A stretch of DNA of 64,000 nt from Haliotis rubra (Eukaryota). This document shows positions 23,484 through 37,113 of the stretch, piece by piece. Within the stretch, counting starts at the first letter, position 1. Each line of letters starts with the position of its first letter. The stretch lies in NCBI RefSeq assembly GCF_003918875.1, contig NW_025767723.1, positions 1,984,001 to 2,048,000 of the forward strand. The letters are read 5' to 3'. The translations under genes and the position numbers were made by a program. The notes beneath the pieces are model-generated. The model made no database searches and was not told the origin of the DNA. It saw nothing but the letters and a program-made list of their open reading frames with translations.

Positions 23484-26385
23484 CGTCGTCAGCAAACAAC
23501 AGCAAAGATCGTATAGATCTGGATATAGCTGCATTCCGCCTTTGCATCCCTGTGACATGATATCAGTGAATCCATTTATGAACAGAGAGAAAAGGACCGG
23601 ACTAAGAACACATCCTTGTTGGAGACCAACTGGACAATCAAAGACTTGCGTGTACGATCCTCCGCTGCATCTAACAGAAGCTGATACTCGTGAACACATA
23701 GATTCAATAATGTGAAGCATTTTCCCACTCAGGTAGATGTTTCGAAGTACGTCCATCAGTTTTGTTCGACTTGTTTTCCTAAAGTCAATTAGAGCAACAT
23801 AGAAGCGTCCTTTCCTTATACTGAGATTCCCCATGGGCACATAACATTTAGTATGTGACTGTTTTGCGTGAACTTGGTTTCGGGAAGACTTGGTGGTATT
23901 GATTGCTCATGATATCAACCTCTTGTTCAGTATCGACTTTTGACAGGATTAAATAAAAATTTGCCAGCTTACATAACAGAACGTAAACTCACAGACATGC
24001 ATCCGGATTTTCATCCTTCCAGATGACATGTTGCGATAAACTGGCATGCAAAGAAAGAACAGTGGCTCGATATAAAAAGCAAATAAGGAATGCTTATTCC
24101 ATGATGATTTATCAGATACGGTAATGCAGTTTTGAACCGTACGCTTGCAGTGTTTGGGCAAGTGTTTTCAACCGAGTAACGTTTATAATTTTCGGGTCAA
24201 ATCCAATTTTCAAATGTATGCTTTCTTTTATTCAACAGTTTAGTTCAGAGTGGCCAAAAGTTGGCAAACGATCGGCTTTAAATTTGACTCATTTTCACTT
24301 GCCCATGTTTATCTCCGTGCAAAGGTTTTTTTCTAATTCTGTCAGAACCTTTATCTCGCTGTTTCCGTTTGGTTCGGTGCTGTGATGTGATCTGTGCACG
24401 TGAATCAAGGAATATGGCGGCCACAATGTCACACTACACAGTAACTGAATGAAGAAAGTGAAATGTGTATAGTTTCGTTTTCCGGCAGCTTCGTTAGAAT
24501 ATTTTTCTGCAGCAAAAACAAAATTAACCAAAACAAAATATTGCCCTTTCATGCACGGAAAGAAAATTCATTCAGTGAAAATTAGCCGTATAAACAACAT
24601 TCGAATAAAACATTTGTATGTCACATGTTACTGTACAATAAATCACTCTCGGCGTTAAACCCGGTGTCCTTGATCAACAGCTTCAAAGAGATCGAAAAGT
24701 ACATTTAACATGACACAGCTAACCTCATCCCCCACAGCAAGCCGATGTTATACGACATACCACACGATTTGTCGAAACATGAAACCGCAGAGTTTGTAAT
24801 TTGAAAGAAGTGCAAATAAAAATATTGTGTCAGACTCGAGTGTTATTTTGATTTCCCAAGTCTTTTAGAAACATCGTATAGGGATCCCCGCCTCTATGTT
24901 CACTGTATCGTGTTCTGTAGTGACGAAAATACACACGTATTTCACTCTCCTTCAATGGTTGTTAAATAACGCGAGCCAAATTAGAACTCTTATCGCCGCC
25001 CCTGACTATAAACATTTTTTCGGTGTTTACAGTTCTGTAGGTGTTAAAAGACGAACGGTATTTACTTGGATCTGTCCAGACTTGATCCCGACTGTCAAAA
25101 CAAAACACCAAGGAGAAGAATTTATCGTTCCCTTGTTTGCATTTTTCAGTATAATGTATCTGAAAGTTTGTCGTTTGTATTTTGCAAGGTATACATCATT
25201 GAAAAGAATGAAGTGATGTTTTCAGCTGAATCAACAATTTGACAGGTATTTGTGGGTAACATAACAAGGAAATGTGATCAGATGTTTACTTATGAAAACG
25301 TTTTAAGGGAACTCGATTCTTTCACATTACTACAATTAATACGTCTTTCCGTGACAGAACAAAGGTTTGTTTTGGGATGACTTTGTAATGCTATGGTCAG
25401 TAATTGCTCATGGTGTCTACCATTGGGTTATAACTCTTTTATAGTGCTGAATATAGCTGACTACGAAAATTAATTTTAATAACGCAGACTTTCATAATTT
25501 TTTAATCATGTTTTCTTAAACGTGAATGAGTATGTCAATGTGAACTGCACACACAAGATAGAGTGAAACCTCTTCAATGCGTACCCTTCTATACCGAATC
25601 TTCGTTTTCCATTCGTTCATCGATTAACAGTTCAATCCCTCGTAACACTTTAATCTGGACACTTGTCGTTCCGGACAGATCCAACTTGAACGTTATTGGT
25701 TCCATGGTTTCGCCTTAAGCTGTTAAACCGGACCGTGACTAATCCGGACCACTGTCCATACCGGACAATATCGGTTGACATATTCCATTCTATAGAGAGT
25801 TTTACGTCTATATAATACGCATCGTTTCGAATCTACTTCCCCCATTATCAGGAAATCAGGAATCCCATTCTTGGTGTCACCTTGAACCTCAATGTCAGGA
25901 ATGTATATAGAGCCATCCCACATCCATCTAAGTATATCCCTCACGCGTGGGCGAGATATACGAGATCCAAGACTAACATTTTCGTTTCCAATCGCTAACC
26001 ATCCTTAATCTGTATTCCAGGATAAAGTCGCTCTGTTAATGCCTGTTTGTGGTGCGGGATCTGGATATTCATGAAATCGTCACATTGAGCGTAGTATGGG
26101 TTTAACAGTATGATAAACGCACTGTGGAATGCTTAAGGAGACTTCCTATGATAAACACACAAATCATAGTTCACTATGTGGAATCTGGCTTCATGACACC
26201 GAGACAGTCACTCGGAGGTGTGTATATATACTACTCAACAGTTGTTAAAGATCACCTGATATTTGGTTATATTTGACTATAGTTTCGACACAATGACTGA
26301 AACTCGCCGCAAATAGCTGTTATATCGCTGATGCGGCCCCCAAACAAACTATTTATTCATTCATGACACTAAAGAAGTAAAAATA

Positions 26386-26545
26386 GTGAGTGAGTTTAGT
26401 TTTACGCCGCTTTTAGCAACAGTCCAGCAATATCACGGCGGGGGACACCAGAAATGTACACACACATTGTACCCATGTGGGGAATCGAACCCGGGTCTTC
26501 GGCGTGAAGAGCCAACGCTTTAACCACTAGGCTACCCCACCGCCC
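26386..26545 (-). mobile_element. SINE family A
   Basis: Full-length reverse copy. Confidence 0.95.
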
Positions 26546-27061
26546 GGCAGACGTTGAAATATTCTTTCATAAACCTATCAAATCTGACAAAATTTAAGTC
26601 TTTTCCCAAGAGTGGGTCACTCCGCCCTATACAGTTTAATTTCAATGATTTACCGTATGAAATTGCTCAGGATATATAACCTCGCGCCTCAGTAACAGCC
26701 TGCGTTACGTACATATTTGCTCCCTTGATTAAAACATTTAGCTTAATACGGTTTTTTATCAAGAAATCTCTGACCCCACATGCGAAATAACAAAAAATGT
26801 TGGATGATTAATGCACATTACATGTGACCTTTACCTCTGTGGCAATAACTCAGGTGCCAAATTTAGAGTAATCTGCGATGAACGGGGACAGGAAATACCT
26901 TTCAGTGTCACACTCAAAATCAGCTTGACCGACAAATATACATTGGGTTTTTACCTAAATCTCACATTTTATGCTAAAGCATCTGGAGGCACGTGATCCT
27001 GTCGTCCAAGACGCCACAATACATCGTGCAACAGTTGCGTCCCCAGGCACTTATGGTCGTT

Positions 27062-27190
27062 GGTTTCGTTTGTTTGTTGTTTAACGCCGCACTATCCCAG
27101 CTATATGGAGGCGGTCTGTAGATAATCGAGTCTGGACCGGACAATCCAGTGATTAACAGCATGAGCATCGATCTACACATATGTTAACCA
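27062..27190 (-). mobile_element. Family B, 3' half
   Basis: Homology to other B copies. Confidence 0.85.
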
Positions 27191-28585
27191 AGAATTACAC
27201 TGAAAGGAAAAGGTACACTGTCAAGTCCAAAATGTAACGTCACGTCAGACGAATATTTAAATAATACGTTTCGACATAACAGTGTCAGTATTTCGTTACA
27301 TGCACCACAGACACTCGAGCATCAGCAGGACATACAAGTCTTCTACAGTTTTAACCCTATGTTGTCCGTGCTTGTCTATATTCAGGTCAGTTGATTAAAA
27401 AAATCACAAAAATGCATTTATTGCCAGTGTAAGGTATGCAAAACCTCACGCGAACGCTCTCCGGGGACACAAACAGAACATAAAAAATATTAAAATATAT
27501 TTAATACCAATCAGCAAAAACATGAAACGACATTTATTTTCATACCACCCTGCCAATTCACGTAAAGATAAGCGATGGAGAACGATGGTCCGTATATTGT
27601 TTACCTGAGCATATCATAAAACGACGTATATTTTCATACATCCCTGTTAATGCTCATAAAGATGAGACTGTAGAACTATTCTTTGTGTTTCATATATAAT
27701 TCCATCCTGAGTGAGATACCACTTAAGGGAACTATCCCTCCTAAATCTAGAAAAAAATTCCTCACGTAAAGTTTTAAAATAGACGACCTTAACAAACGGA
27801 CAAAAATCCATTTAGATTGACAAGCAAACAGCTGATCCACGGCGGGATATCTTAGTACTGGGGCTCGAAGACACAACTAACCCCGGGATGAGACTAGACA
27901 CGTTCAGGCTTGTACAATGATATCTCTTTTTGCGACGTGACATTTTGGGAGGGAGCATCGCGCTGGTAGCTGTACTCTCAATTACGCTTGTGGAGGAGGG
28001 TGTGGGCGCTATAATGTTAGTTATGCGTCAGCGATACCTACCAGAAGCGTGTCGTGGGCGTTGTTTTTTATGTGTTTGAAGAGGATTTTGTTAAATTTAG
28101 AAAATTCCTGATTTGTTTCCATTTTGTTATCTGTGGTGGTTAATGTGTCGTTATTCGTGAAACTCTGTCATTCGGAAACTCTATGAAACGTACTGTTCCG
28201 ATTGAAGTTGAATGTTTGTGTACCATTAATTGTCATTTGTGTAATACTAGCTGCTAGTAATCATATTGCTCCTTTGTGGATTGTCGTAACGTGACGGTTG
28301 AATCTCAGTAGCTTGGCTCATGGGGTGTAGATAAAAGTGGAATAGTTCTCCCGTCCAAGTTGAACAAACCAGTAGAGCATCATCATATGGGACATCGGAA
28401 CACTGAAAACCCCATACACCGGCCGATCGCGTTATCGTGGTACTTCGGCCAGGTAGGTATAAGGGGATGTCAATGCACATGGATACATTCCCTTAATCAA
28501 GAACCTCCGACACCCGTCCTCATCCAGATTCCATCAACACCCAACCTAACTCCACCACCTTCTCACGCCACCCAGTACATCTGTA

Positions 28586-28752
28586 ATGAGTGAATGAGTA
28601 TGGTTTTACGCCGCTTTTAGCAATATTCCAGCAATATCACGGCGGGGTACACCAGAAATGGGCTTCACACAATGTGCCCATGTGGGGAATCGAACCCGGG
28701 TCTTCGGAGTGACGAGCCAACGCTTTAACCACTAGGCTACCCCACCGCACCT
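28586..28752 (-). mobile_element. SINE family A
   Basis: TSD catctgta. Confidence 0.95.
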
Positions 28753-28781
28753 CATCTGTACAGTATTTAGAAATACTTGGT

Positions 28782-28940
28782 TGAGTGAGTGAGTATTGAT
28801 TTACGCCACTTTTAGCAATATTCCAACAATGTTGCAGCGGGGACAGCACAAATGGGCTTTACACATTGTACCCACGTGGGGAATCGAACTCGGGTCTTAA
28901 GCGTGACGAGCGGACGCTTTAACCATTAGGCTACTTGGCT
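28782..28940 (-). mobile_element. SINE family A
   Basis: Second adjacent reverse copy. Confidence 0.92.
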
Positions 28941-29130
28941 GAAGTCTCAACTTTTCAAGAGACAACATCATAAATATAATGCACGTAGAACAATAGGTCA
29001 GCTGAATGGTCAAGCACAAGACTGACCAAGGTCCATCTCCCCTCAAGTTCACAATACTTCAGTCAAGTAACCCAGGTTCAGTGTGATCTCATATCAACAA
29101 GAATGTGTTAACCCTTTACTTTCAATACAG

Positions 29131-29153
29131 GCTAATCATGACTGGTCCGATAG
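29131..29153 (+). other. Candidate 23-nt exon, possibly containing a start ATG
   Basis: gttaaccctttactttcaatacag|GCTAATCATGACTGGTCCGATAG|gtatgt: branch point, pyrimidine tract and donor are all near consensus. Confidence 0.45.
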
Positions 29154-30141
29154 GTATGTGAGTCAGTTGCTACTCATCCACGAGGGCTTGCAGAGGACGC
29201 ATTCTTCCTTGTGAACATCAGCAATAGGTTGGAGTGTATTAACTTGTCCAAATATTTAACAGTTTAAAATAGAATTACCATACATTACGAAAACACGCCC
29301 GCCCACACATATACACCATAATAACTTAAGACAGCTCATAAGGTTTGACTCCAGTTTTAGAAACATTCCATAACACAAAGAGACGCTTCCCTTCTACCCG
29401 GACATATCGCCAGTGAACTAGCCAAATCTACAGATCCAGATCTACACATTCACCAATACTGTGAAATATACGAATCTAGATTATAGAAATGCAAATCGAG
29501 CAATTTCTATTATTCCTATGACATCAGTACCAAGTAAAGAGCGTTTAGAAGAGAGATATGTATCGTAATAACATTTTCCCTAAATATGTTAGTCTTACCC
29601 GAACCAAATATAGTGAACTATTGTTTATGAATTATTGTTCCAACTATCGTTGAAGTATTTACATTTACAAACAGCTGTTCTCTCTATTGGAGTCGGGAAA
29701 AATTCTGGAATTAAAAAAATGATCATGAATACACTGATATCAAATTCCAGTATGATTAATTATTCGCCAATGTTACCTGATCACACTATCAACACCTGTG
29801 TTGAGTGATGACTTACGGCACGTGCACAGGTGTCCGTATCCTTACTCAGAGAGACTGCACCCCCATTACTCACCCCGATGGCGGAAACACTCACCACTAC
29901 CACCTGTTCGTGTAGTACACTGTTACATGCAAAATGTATGGAATTCCCACTCATTGTCAGTACATAGCTGTTGAATGTTAACCCCCGAGAGTGATCAAAT
30001 CATAATATTCGTGAACATTATAATCGCACCCGGTGAATGGAGTGAGTGAGTGAGTTTTGGTTTACGCCGCCTTACAGTTTATAGTTCAAATGAAATTACG
30101 AACGACAGATACAAAAAACAATACTTGAATGTCTATTTTAG

Positions 30142-30320
30142 AGGGGCGCAGGGTTTTGGTTAAAGCGTCCGCTCGTCTCGTCGACGACCCGGGTTCGATT
30201 CCCCTCATGGGTACTATTTGGAAGCCGATATCTTGTATCCCACACACACACACACACACTCAATGTTTATTGTTGCTGGAACAATGCTAAAAGCGGCGTA
30301 ATACCATGTTCGCTCTCTCA
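30142..30320 (+). mobile_element. SINE family A, degenerate, with internal (CA)n
   Basis: Head, B-box and tail are recognisable. Confidence 0.8.
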
Positions 30321-31609
30321 TTTTGTTAGAGGTTATATCGAAATTTTCACTAAACAAACTAAACATACACGTTAATCCACGATAGAAGTAGACTTGTTAA
30401 ATGTGATTTACATAGAAGCTGAGTTTAAAAATTGTAAGGTAGACATTGTAATTTGTCAAGTGGTGTGTAGTGTATCCTCATCAAAGTCAAGCTTCTATAA
30501 AGGAAGAATTCCTAGTTGTCTACTTTCGTATATATCCATGAAAATTTACAGACATACCAACCAGCGATATATATCACTATGTAGATACCATTGTATCTTT
30601 TACAGATATATCGAGTTTCGACGAGCACCTGTGGATATCAAATTCTCTGAAATATACATAGGTTTCGTATATATCATGTTTACTCCTCTTTATCTTATGT
30701 AGGTTATGAGGTCGCTTGTTTCAGTGGATTTTGTCACCCAATGTTGAATTGAGTGCTATTGACATCGCTGTATCGCTAGGCTTTGATTTATGAGTATGAT
30801 ATCGACATGCTATTGATGCAGGCTCCATTTGACTGACAGGTGGAGACGCGATGTATATAGCTTTCAGACAGTGTAACGAGCCACGGCATTGACAGTAAGC
30901 ATCAGTTAATCTTCTTTGTAAAAAGACACTACAGAAAGTGAGTACCATTGATGATACATTGACGCGCAATTTCATCCTCTTTAGCTAATAACTTTATCGC
31001 CTGTAATATTTGCTGAGCACGGCATCTGAAATATGTGAGCCATTGACGCAAAGAGCCGTCTAGGTCAGCAGACAAGCAATCCAGACAATCGCCTTTATAT
31101 AAAGACTGAATAGGATGCTTAAACCCTGGCTGGCCGTCTACGTGAAATAGACAAGTCCAGACGTGAAATCGACATGATATTTACACACATTGTCGTGAAC
31201 GCTGTTTCAATGAAAGTACGTCTGGGTTTTCCCGTTCTAACTTTAGCATGTGCAGCAATGCCCTTTAAAAATGTATTTAAATTAAATCACGGTGCGAAAA
31301 ACGCCCACGTTTCCCAACAAACGGAAAGAGCTCTCTCGGAGCATTCAAAACGTTAAGTGCTCAGGGTGATTGATAACCACTGTCATCCATGTCTTGGGAA
31401 ATTGACGCGATTGAATTTCGGAGAAACATAGCTCTCCTGCTGTAGTCTAAACTAGACCAGTCTAGACTAAAATTAAGATCGGAATGTTTCAATGTTGTTT
31501 TGTCTCTATGTTTGTTACCAAAGATCGGCCACGTAAATGTTTGTTCATGCTATGAACCTCTGTTTTAATGGCTCAGATTATGTAGACGCCACAGAAGCAC
31601 AATCGGAAT

Positions 31610-31780
31610 AGGGGCGGTGGGGTAGCCCAGTGGATAAAGAGTTCGACTGTCAAGCCGAAGACCCCGGCTCGATTCCCCACATAAGTGCAAATATCTTATA
31701 TTTAAAGCCCATATCTGGTGTCCCCCGTCGTGATACTGCTGGAATTTTGCTAAAAGCGGTGTAAAACTAAACTCACTCAC
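31610..31780 (+). mobile_element. SINE family A
   Basis: Homology to other A copies. Confidence 0.9.
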
Positions 31781-32010
31781 ACTGAGAATGTGTTTAACTG
31801 TGTGCAATTGTGTAATTCAAACAACTGATGATAAACTAATTATAATGGTAAACGACCGTGAGACAATCATTTAATTGCATTTAACTGTCATGTGTCCGGT
31901 GAACTAGATTATTATTTAACGGACCACCATAACATAGTAGGGGTGTTTGATAAGTTCGGGGTAAACAGCAGACACGGACACTAAACTTACAATATGTATG
32001 CAAACTTTAC

Positions 32011-32177
32011 AGTAAGTGAGTGATTTGGATTTTTTTGCCGCTTTTATGTAATAGTCCACCTATATTAAAGCTGGGGACACACGAAATGGACTCCACACAA
32101 TGTCCCCAAGTGGGAATCGAACCCTCTCCTTCTGCGCGACGAGCGAACGCTATTACCGCTTGGCTACCCAACGCCCC
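32011..32177 (-). mobile_element. SINE family A, diverged
   Basis: Homology to other A copies. Confidence 0.85.
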
Positions 32178-33229
32178 TGCAACTAAAACATGCATTGCTC
32201 GAGGAAAACGATTTTCAAACTAAACCAAAACAGAATTGTCATTTTTTAGATGTCGTGCATCTCCATCTATATGCCAGGTGTTCGTTAATGACAGAGTGTA
32301 TGGATCACATCCAGAGTTCCTAATTCAAGGATTTCCCTTATAAATCAGGAATTCGTTTATTTAGGGAGCTGAGAGGTATTCACGGTCAACCAATAGGCGA
32401 TATTTTAAAACTAACTTAACACACATTTTCATTACATTCATCGTGATAGTATAACATGGTTTCCAACGAAACCTTCAAATACATGTAGAAACATGTTGAC
32501 GCAAAACAGTGAAAGGAACATGCTTATCCACATCACCTCATAACATGTATCAACGTTGTTCATTTCACAGGGTCTTGAAATAACATGTCAATTTCAAGTG
32601 ACAACGTGTCCGTATAAGCCTAGACTTGTTGCATATCTACCGCCACAGTCCCTAGTAACCGAACTAATTCGGGATACACATACGACTCAAACGACCAACA
32701 TTCTTGGCAATATGCCCGGGGTATTTCCATCCTTGTTCAACCTCGCCTGTTTCATAACCAATGAAATGAACAAGGTTTTTGATATCTACAACATGTCCCA
32801 ACATGACGTGGATGTTGAAATAGACGCCCTAGTTGGCTGTCTCCTATAATACAACCTGCACTTTTGTAATGGGTCATGAGTAATGGACAGAAATATCCAA
32901 AACTTGAAACACCCAATTGACTGAAACGAAACCGATGCACAAAAATGTTTGTTGCTTCGACGAAAGATTTACGGTCGTATGATTCGAGTGAGTCACGATG
33001 ATAATCACACATTCAGCCTGGTTCAACATGTAGATATTTTCACTTTATACAATTACAGAATGTTTTAGACGGGTTGTCTTTGTTTCATTTCATGAAAAGC
33101 GAATCATATATTAGTCAATGCTGTTTTTCTCTTGAAATTTTTTAAATATTTGTAGACAGCATTACAAAGGGGAAATTCACTATCTTTGTGATTGCTAGTT
33201 ATTTCATAATATTATTGTTCATTGTTCAT

Positions 33230-33415
33230 TGTAGCGCCATAAACATAAAATCGTGAGTTCGAATCCCAGTTTGACCCAATTATTTCCCTAGGTTCGTCAG
33301 CACCTTACACGTGGCGTCACCAAAATTATATCACTTCGGGTCTTCCTCCCCAAATAAGCGGACACGCCTTAATACAACTGGAGTATATTTCAAAGCAGTT
33401 TATACCCAATTAACT
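33230..33415 (+). mobile_element. Old tRNA-derived SINE of another family
   Basis: B-box gagttcgaatccc, a cttcctcccc..aataa segment and a tail distantly like A/B; similar remnant near 10380-10470. Confidence 0.45.
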
Positions 33416-34178
33416 CCGGGAGGCGTTGAAAACTGAATCATTCAATTGTTTTGTATTAAATGTATTTACGATCGAAATTCGATACGTTTTAGGAGTAAGG
33501 TCAATATTGGTTTCCAAAGCTGTGGTCATCGAATGACCATTAGAAGGACATGTAAACCATCAGTGTAGGATCGTCTATAACAACAGCTGTTCTAATTCGT
33601 TGGTAGAAATGTCTATTAAGGGAAACAATGCATTTTTGCATATATCTCAACAACATAGGGTCATACTTCAACGACGACACGACAACACGACGAGGAGACT
33701 ATTGTCCACCGGCGACGTGAATGTTGAATGGTCCCACGAGTGTTTCCGGTCAGTTGACGCGACCTGTCGAACCAATGCACGTGGGTCACGCGGAAAGCAC
33801 GCGAGAAGCTCAAAACAATAGCAACCTTTGCTCTGGTGTTTACAAACCACTGTAGAAACAGGTCATCCGTTCTCCACATCGCAGTACATCCCTTCATGTT
33901 TGCCATAAATATACATGTGGGTGTTTTGATTTCCGATGAAATCGACATGTCGGGGCATGTATGATATTACCGGCTTTCTTGATACGTGACGTGTACTGGC
34001 AGATATTATCATCACCACAGACTAACATCTAGTCTCCTAATGAACATAACTTACAGAAAAAGACGGTTATTAGATTACCGTAAAAAATACATAAAAATGT
34101 ACCAAGGCACAATCTTAATTTTCCTCAAAATGCAGTAATGAAGATTTGATAATCGACTTGCATGGGCTGTACATGCAC

Positions 34179-34340
34179 TGAGTGAGTTTGGTTTTACGAC
34201 GCTATTAGCAATGTTCCAGCAATATTCCGGCCGGAAACCCTTGAAATCGGATTCACACATTGTACCTATGTGGGGAATCGAACCCGGGTCTTGGGCGCTT
34301 CTAGCGAACGCTTTAACCACTAGGTTATATCACCGCCCCC
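34179..34340 (-). mobile_element. SINE family A
   Basis: Homology to other A copies. Confidence 0.88.
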
Positions 34341-34356
34341 ACACATGTATTGTTGA

Positions 34357-34582
34357 ACCCGTGAAGATTAGAACTGATCTTCAGTAACCCATGCTTGTCG
34401 TAAGAGGCGACCATCGGGTGGTCAGACTCGCTGACTTGGTTGACACATGTCATCGTATCCCATTTGCGTGGGTCGATGTTCATGCTGTTGATCACTGCAT
34501 TGTCTGGACCAGACTTGATTATTTACAGACCGACACCATATAGCTGGCATACTGCTGAGTGCGGCGTAAAACTAAACTCACT
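34357..34582 (+). mobile_element. Retroposon family B
   Basis: acccgtgaag start and shared tail. Confidence 0.9.
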
Positions 34583-35236
34583 CCCTAACGCATTGCTGGT
34601 TCCAGTATGTGAGTGACAGACTATTCCAGCCACAACAAAGGTTGCATTTGTAACCGTTTTTCACACTGAATTGACATAAATTCGACAAATCGATACATTT
34701 CTGCTGTAAATATAAAAGGTATTAAAACAGTTCACTCAAGGAAAGGAACGAATGAAACAGTTTGTACATGTATATCACGATGAAAATAAGCCTGATACAC
34801 ACACAAGAAAAAAGCACAACCAATTTCGCCAGTATTCATGTTTCTTATTTTTTAAATTTTAGCGTTAAGTTAAACCTGTCTGAAATACAAATGCAAACGA
34901 TAACAGAATGACACATGTATCACCCTAACTCTGCCATGATGGGGCGCTGTGTGCTATCAACATGCTGAAACATGCTCCAGTAACCATCAATCATTCTTGA
35001 CATATGTGTGTCAGGTCATAGTATGTACATTACATCACGTGATTTATGGACTATTTATACCTTTTAAGAGCAAATGACTCAACTAAATGCGGTTTGGGTG
35101 AGAAACGGATTTGAGTTGCAATGTAATGTTTGTTTTAGAGTTAACCGAACTATTTTTAAAAGAAAGTTTAGGTAACTTTGTCCAAGGTAGAAATGTCACA
35201 GGTCTTTTTGCTACTTTTGTGCTTCGAGGAAAATTG

Positions 35237-35452
35237 AGTGAGTGAGTTTAGTTTTACGCCGCACTCAGCATTATTCCAGCTATATGGCGGCGATCTGTAA
35301 ATATTCGAGTCTGGACCAGTCAATCCAGTGTTTAACAGCAGGGGCATCGATCTACACAACTCGGAGCCTGACCTCCCGATCCCGTTAGTCGCGGCTTACG
35401 ACGACAAGCGTGGGTTACTGAAAAACCAATTCTAACCCGGATCTTCACGGGT
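35237..35452 (-). mobile_element. Retroposon family B
   Basis: TSD tcgaggaaa(a/c)ttga. Confidence 0.9.
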
Positions 35453-35559
35453 CGAGGAAACTTGAATTTGTTTACTCAAGTTTATGCTTTCTATCAATCT
35501 ATATTGTCCTAAGTACACCTGTACTCAGTTTGACAGGATGTATGTAACAACATTCAGAG

Positions 35560-35656
35560 ACATCCGTCTTAGTGCTAAGATAGTCGTAAGTTAATGTTAA
35601 GATATGGCACTGACGACTACCTTAGCGCTAAGAGAGCTTCGAAAATCTAAGCCCTG
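35560..35656. mobile_element. Partial palindromic MITE
   Basis: tcttagtgctaagatagtcgt ... acgactaccttagcgctaaga inverted repeat, ending cttcgaaaatctaagccctg. Confidence 0.7.
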
Positions 35657-35929
35657 GTGAGTACGCAAACCCCACAGAACGTGCACATTTATACACTGGA
35701 ACCTCGTTTATCCGGACAAATAAAGAGGGTTCCGCACATCTCAAATATTTGTTAACATAATTATTGGTACGAAACGACTATAATGTGTTTTCCTTACAAC
35801 ATTGATCCGCAACGATGTGGCTTCACTCTTGACGAATTCACTGATAAGGAACCTTGCACTGGACCTGAGGCTCAGTATATTCACGTGTTATATAGATCCA
35901 TGGTAACAGTAGCAGGGTTGGTTGATTGG

Positions 35930-36900
35930 TGGCTGAACACAACATGCCACGGTGCATTCTCCCCTTCAGACGAAAACACGCTGTCTTCAATCAGCTCAGA
36001 GACCGACTCAATGGTGTAGTGGTTAGAGCGTCCGCCCGGAGAGCGGAAGGTCGCGGGTTCGATCCCCGACCGCGTCATACCAAAAAGACGTTAAAATATG
36101 GTACTTGTTGGTCCCTGCCTGGCGCTCGGCATTAATGGGTACAACAAGGACTGGTCGGCGCGGAGTCAGTATAATGTGGGGTATTCATGCTTGACTGCGG
36201 CATGGTATCTCAGTGGGCTAGCACTATAAAACCAGCTTCAGTCTGGGCTAGTACAAGCAGCCGCACATACACATACACATGCATGCACGTCGTCATATGA
36301 GCGAAACATTCTCAAGCACGACGTAAAAACCAATTTCACCTCACCTCAATCAGCTCAGAACAGAACGGCTTTCATAAGTGAAGACGACCGTCTGTCAGTC
36401 TCGTCGCTGGCAGCGACGTATAGTCCGGTCTCATCTCAGTCTCTGACGATGATGTTGTGCTGTGAATAACTAGTCTCTGTAACGTCTGTAAGAGCTGATT
36501 CCTTGAGCCCTGAGTCGCATGGCCATTGTCTGTCGATTAACCACATGCCCCAAAGCATTCGTCGCCGATGACTTCACGCACCCATAATTACCCTGGGTCT
36601 GTCAGTTTTTGGCCTCTCCGATGTCTGCCTCGTCTGTCTGCAGCGTTGTATCAGATTAGTGACAGCAACATGGGAGCAACCGAGAGCATCATGGGCATGG
36701 ATGGCTTCCATCTGGATCATACCCAGGGTCCGTTCGCGTTGGTCGGGCGTCAGTTGGGGTATTTCAGTGTTGTTGTTTTGTTTTGTTTTTGTTTGTTTTT
36801 TTGTTTGTTTGGGGTTTTGTTTTGTTTTCTTTTTGTTTTGTTTCATACTTTCCGAGTCATTTATATAAACCCAGGCTGCTAGTATAGTTTCCATTTATGT
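35930..36900 (-). pseudogene. Degenerate Tc1 transposase (N-terminal HTH to first catalytic D), split by a SINE
   Basis: PQLTPDQRERTLGMIQ...GCSHVAVTNLIQRCRQTRQTSERPKTDRPRV; RD*QTVVFTYESRSVLS (WxxVxFTDESRF). Confidence 0.85.
36001..36345 (+). mobile_element. V-domain SINE, RUDI-like, full length
   Basis: tRNA head with A/B boxes, V-domain-like gtcataccaaaaagacgttaaaatatggtact..cctgcctggcgctcggcattaa, gctagcactataaaa motif, (tcacc)n tail, perfect 14-bp TSD tcaatcagctcaga. Confidence 0.85.
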
Positions 36901-37113
36901 TTTCACTTTTTCAAACAGAACGTGCTCTGAAGCTTCTTGCATCGACCATTGCTGTGTTTCTCACGATGTGTTTCGCATTTATTTCATTTGAACGTGTTTT
37001 TAATGTTTGCAAATGTAACTTTGTCTCTATCATTCTCAGAGAGATACACTGACAATATCAGACCAGGATCAGATTCGGTGGAAGGACGATAGTAGTTGTT
37101 CATTTAGAGGCCT

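Larger units (their letters stand above)
21975..23830 (-). pseudogene. Decayed non-LTR retrotransposon ORF2 (RT plus C-terminal Cys/His motif), RTE-X-like
   Basis: FYVALIDFRK, VGLQQGCVLSPVLFSLFIN, ADD catalytic motif, WGLSVN, GECGRHPL..IKYW, CPHC..EDLYHF..CP; clade assignment is inference. Confidence 0.9.
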
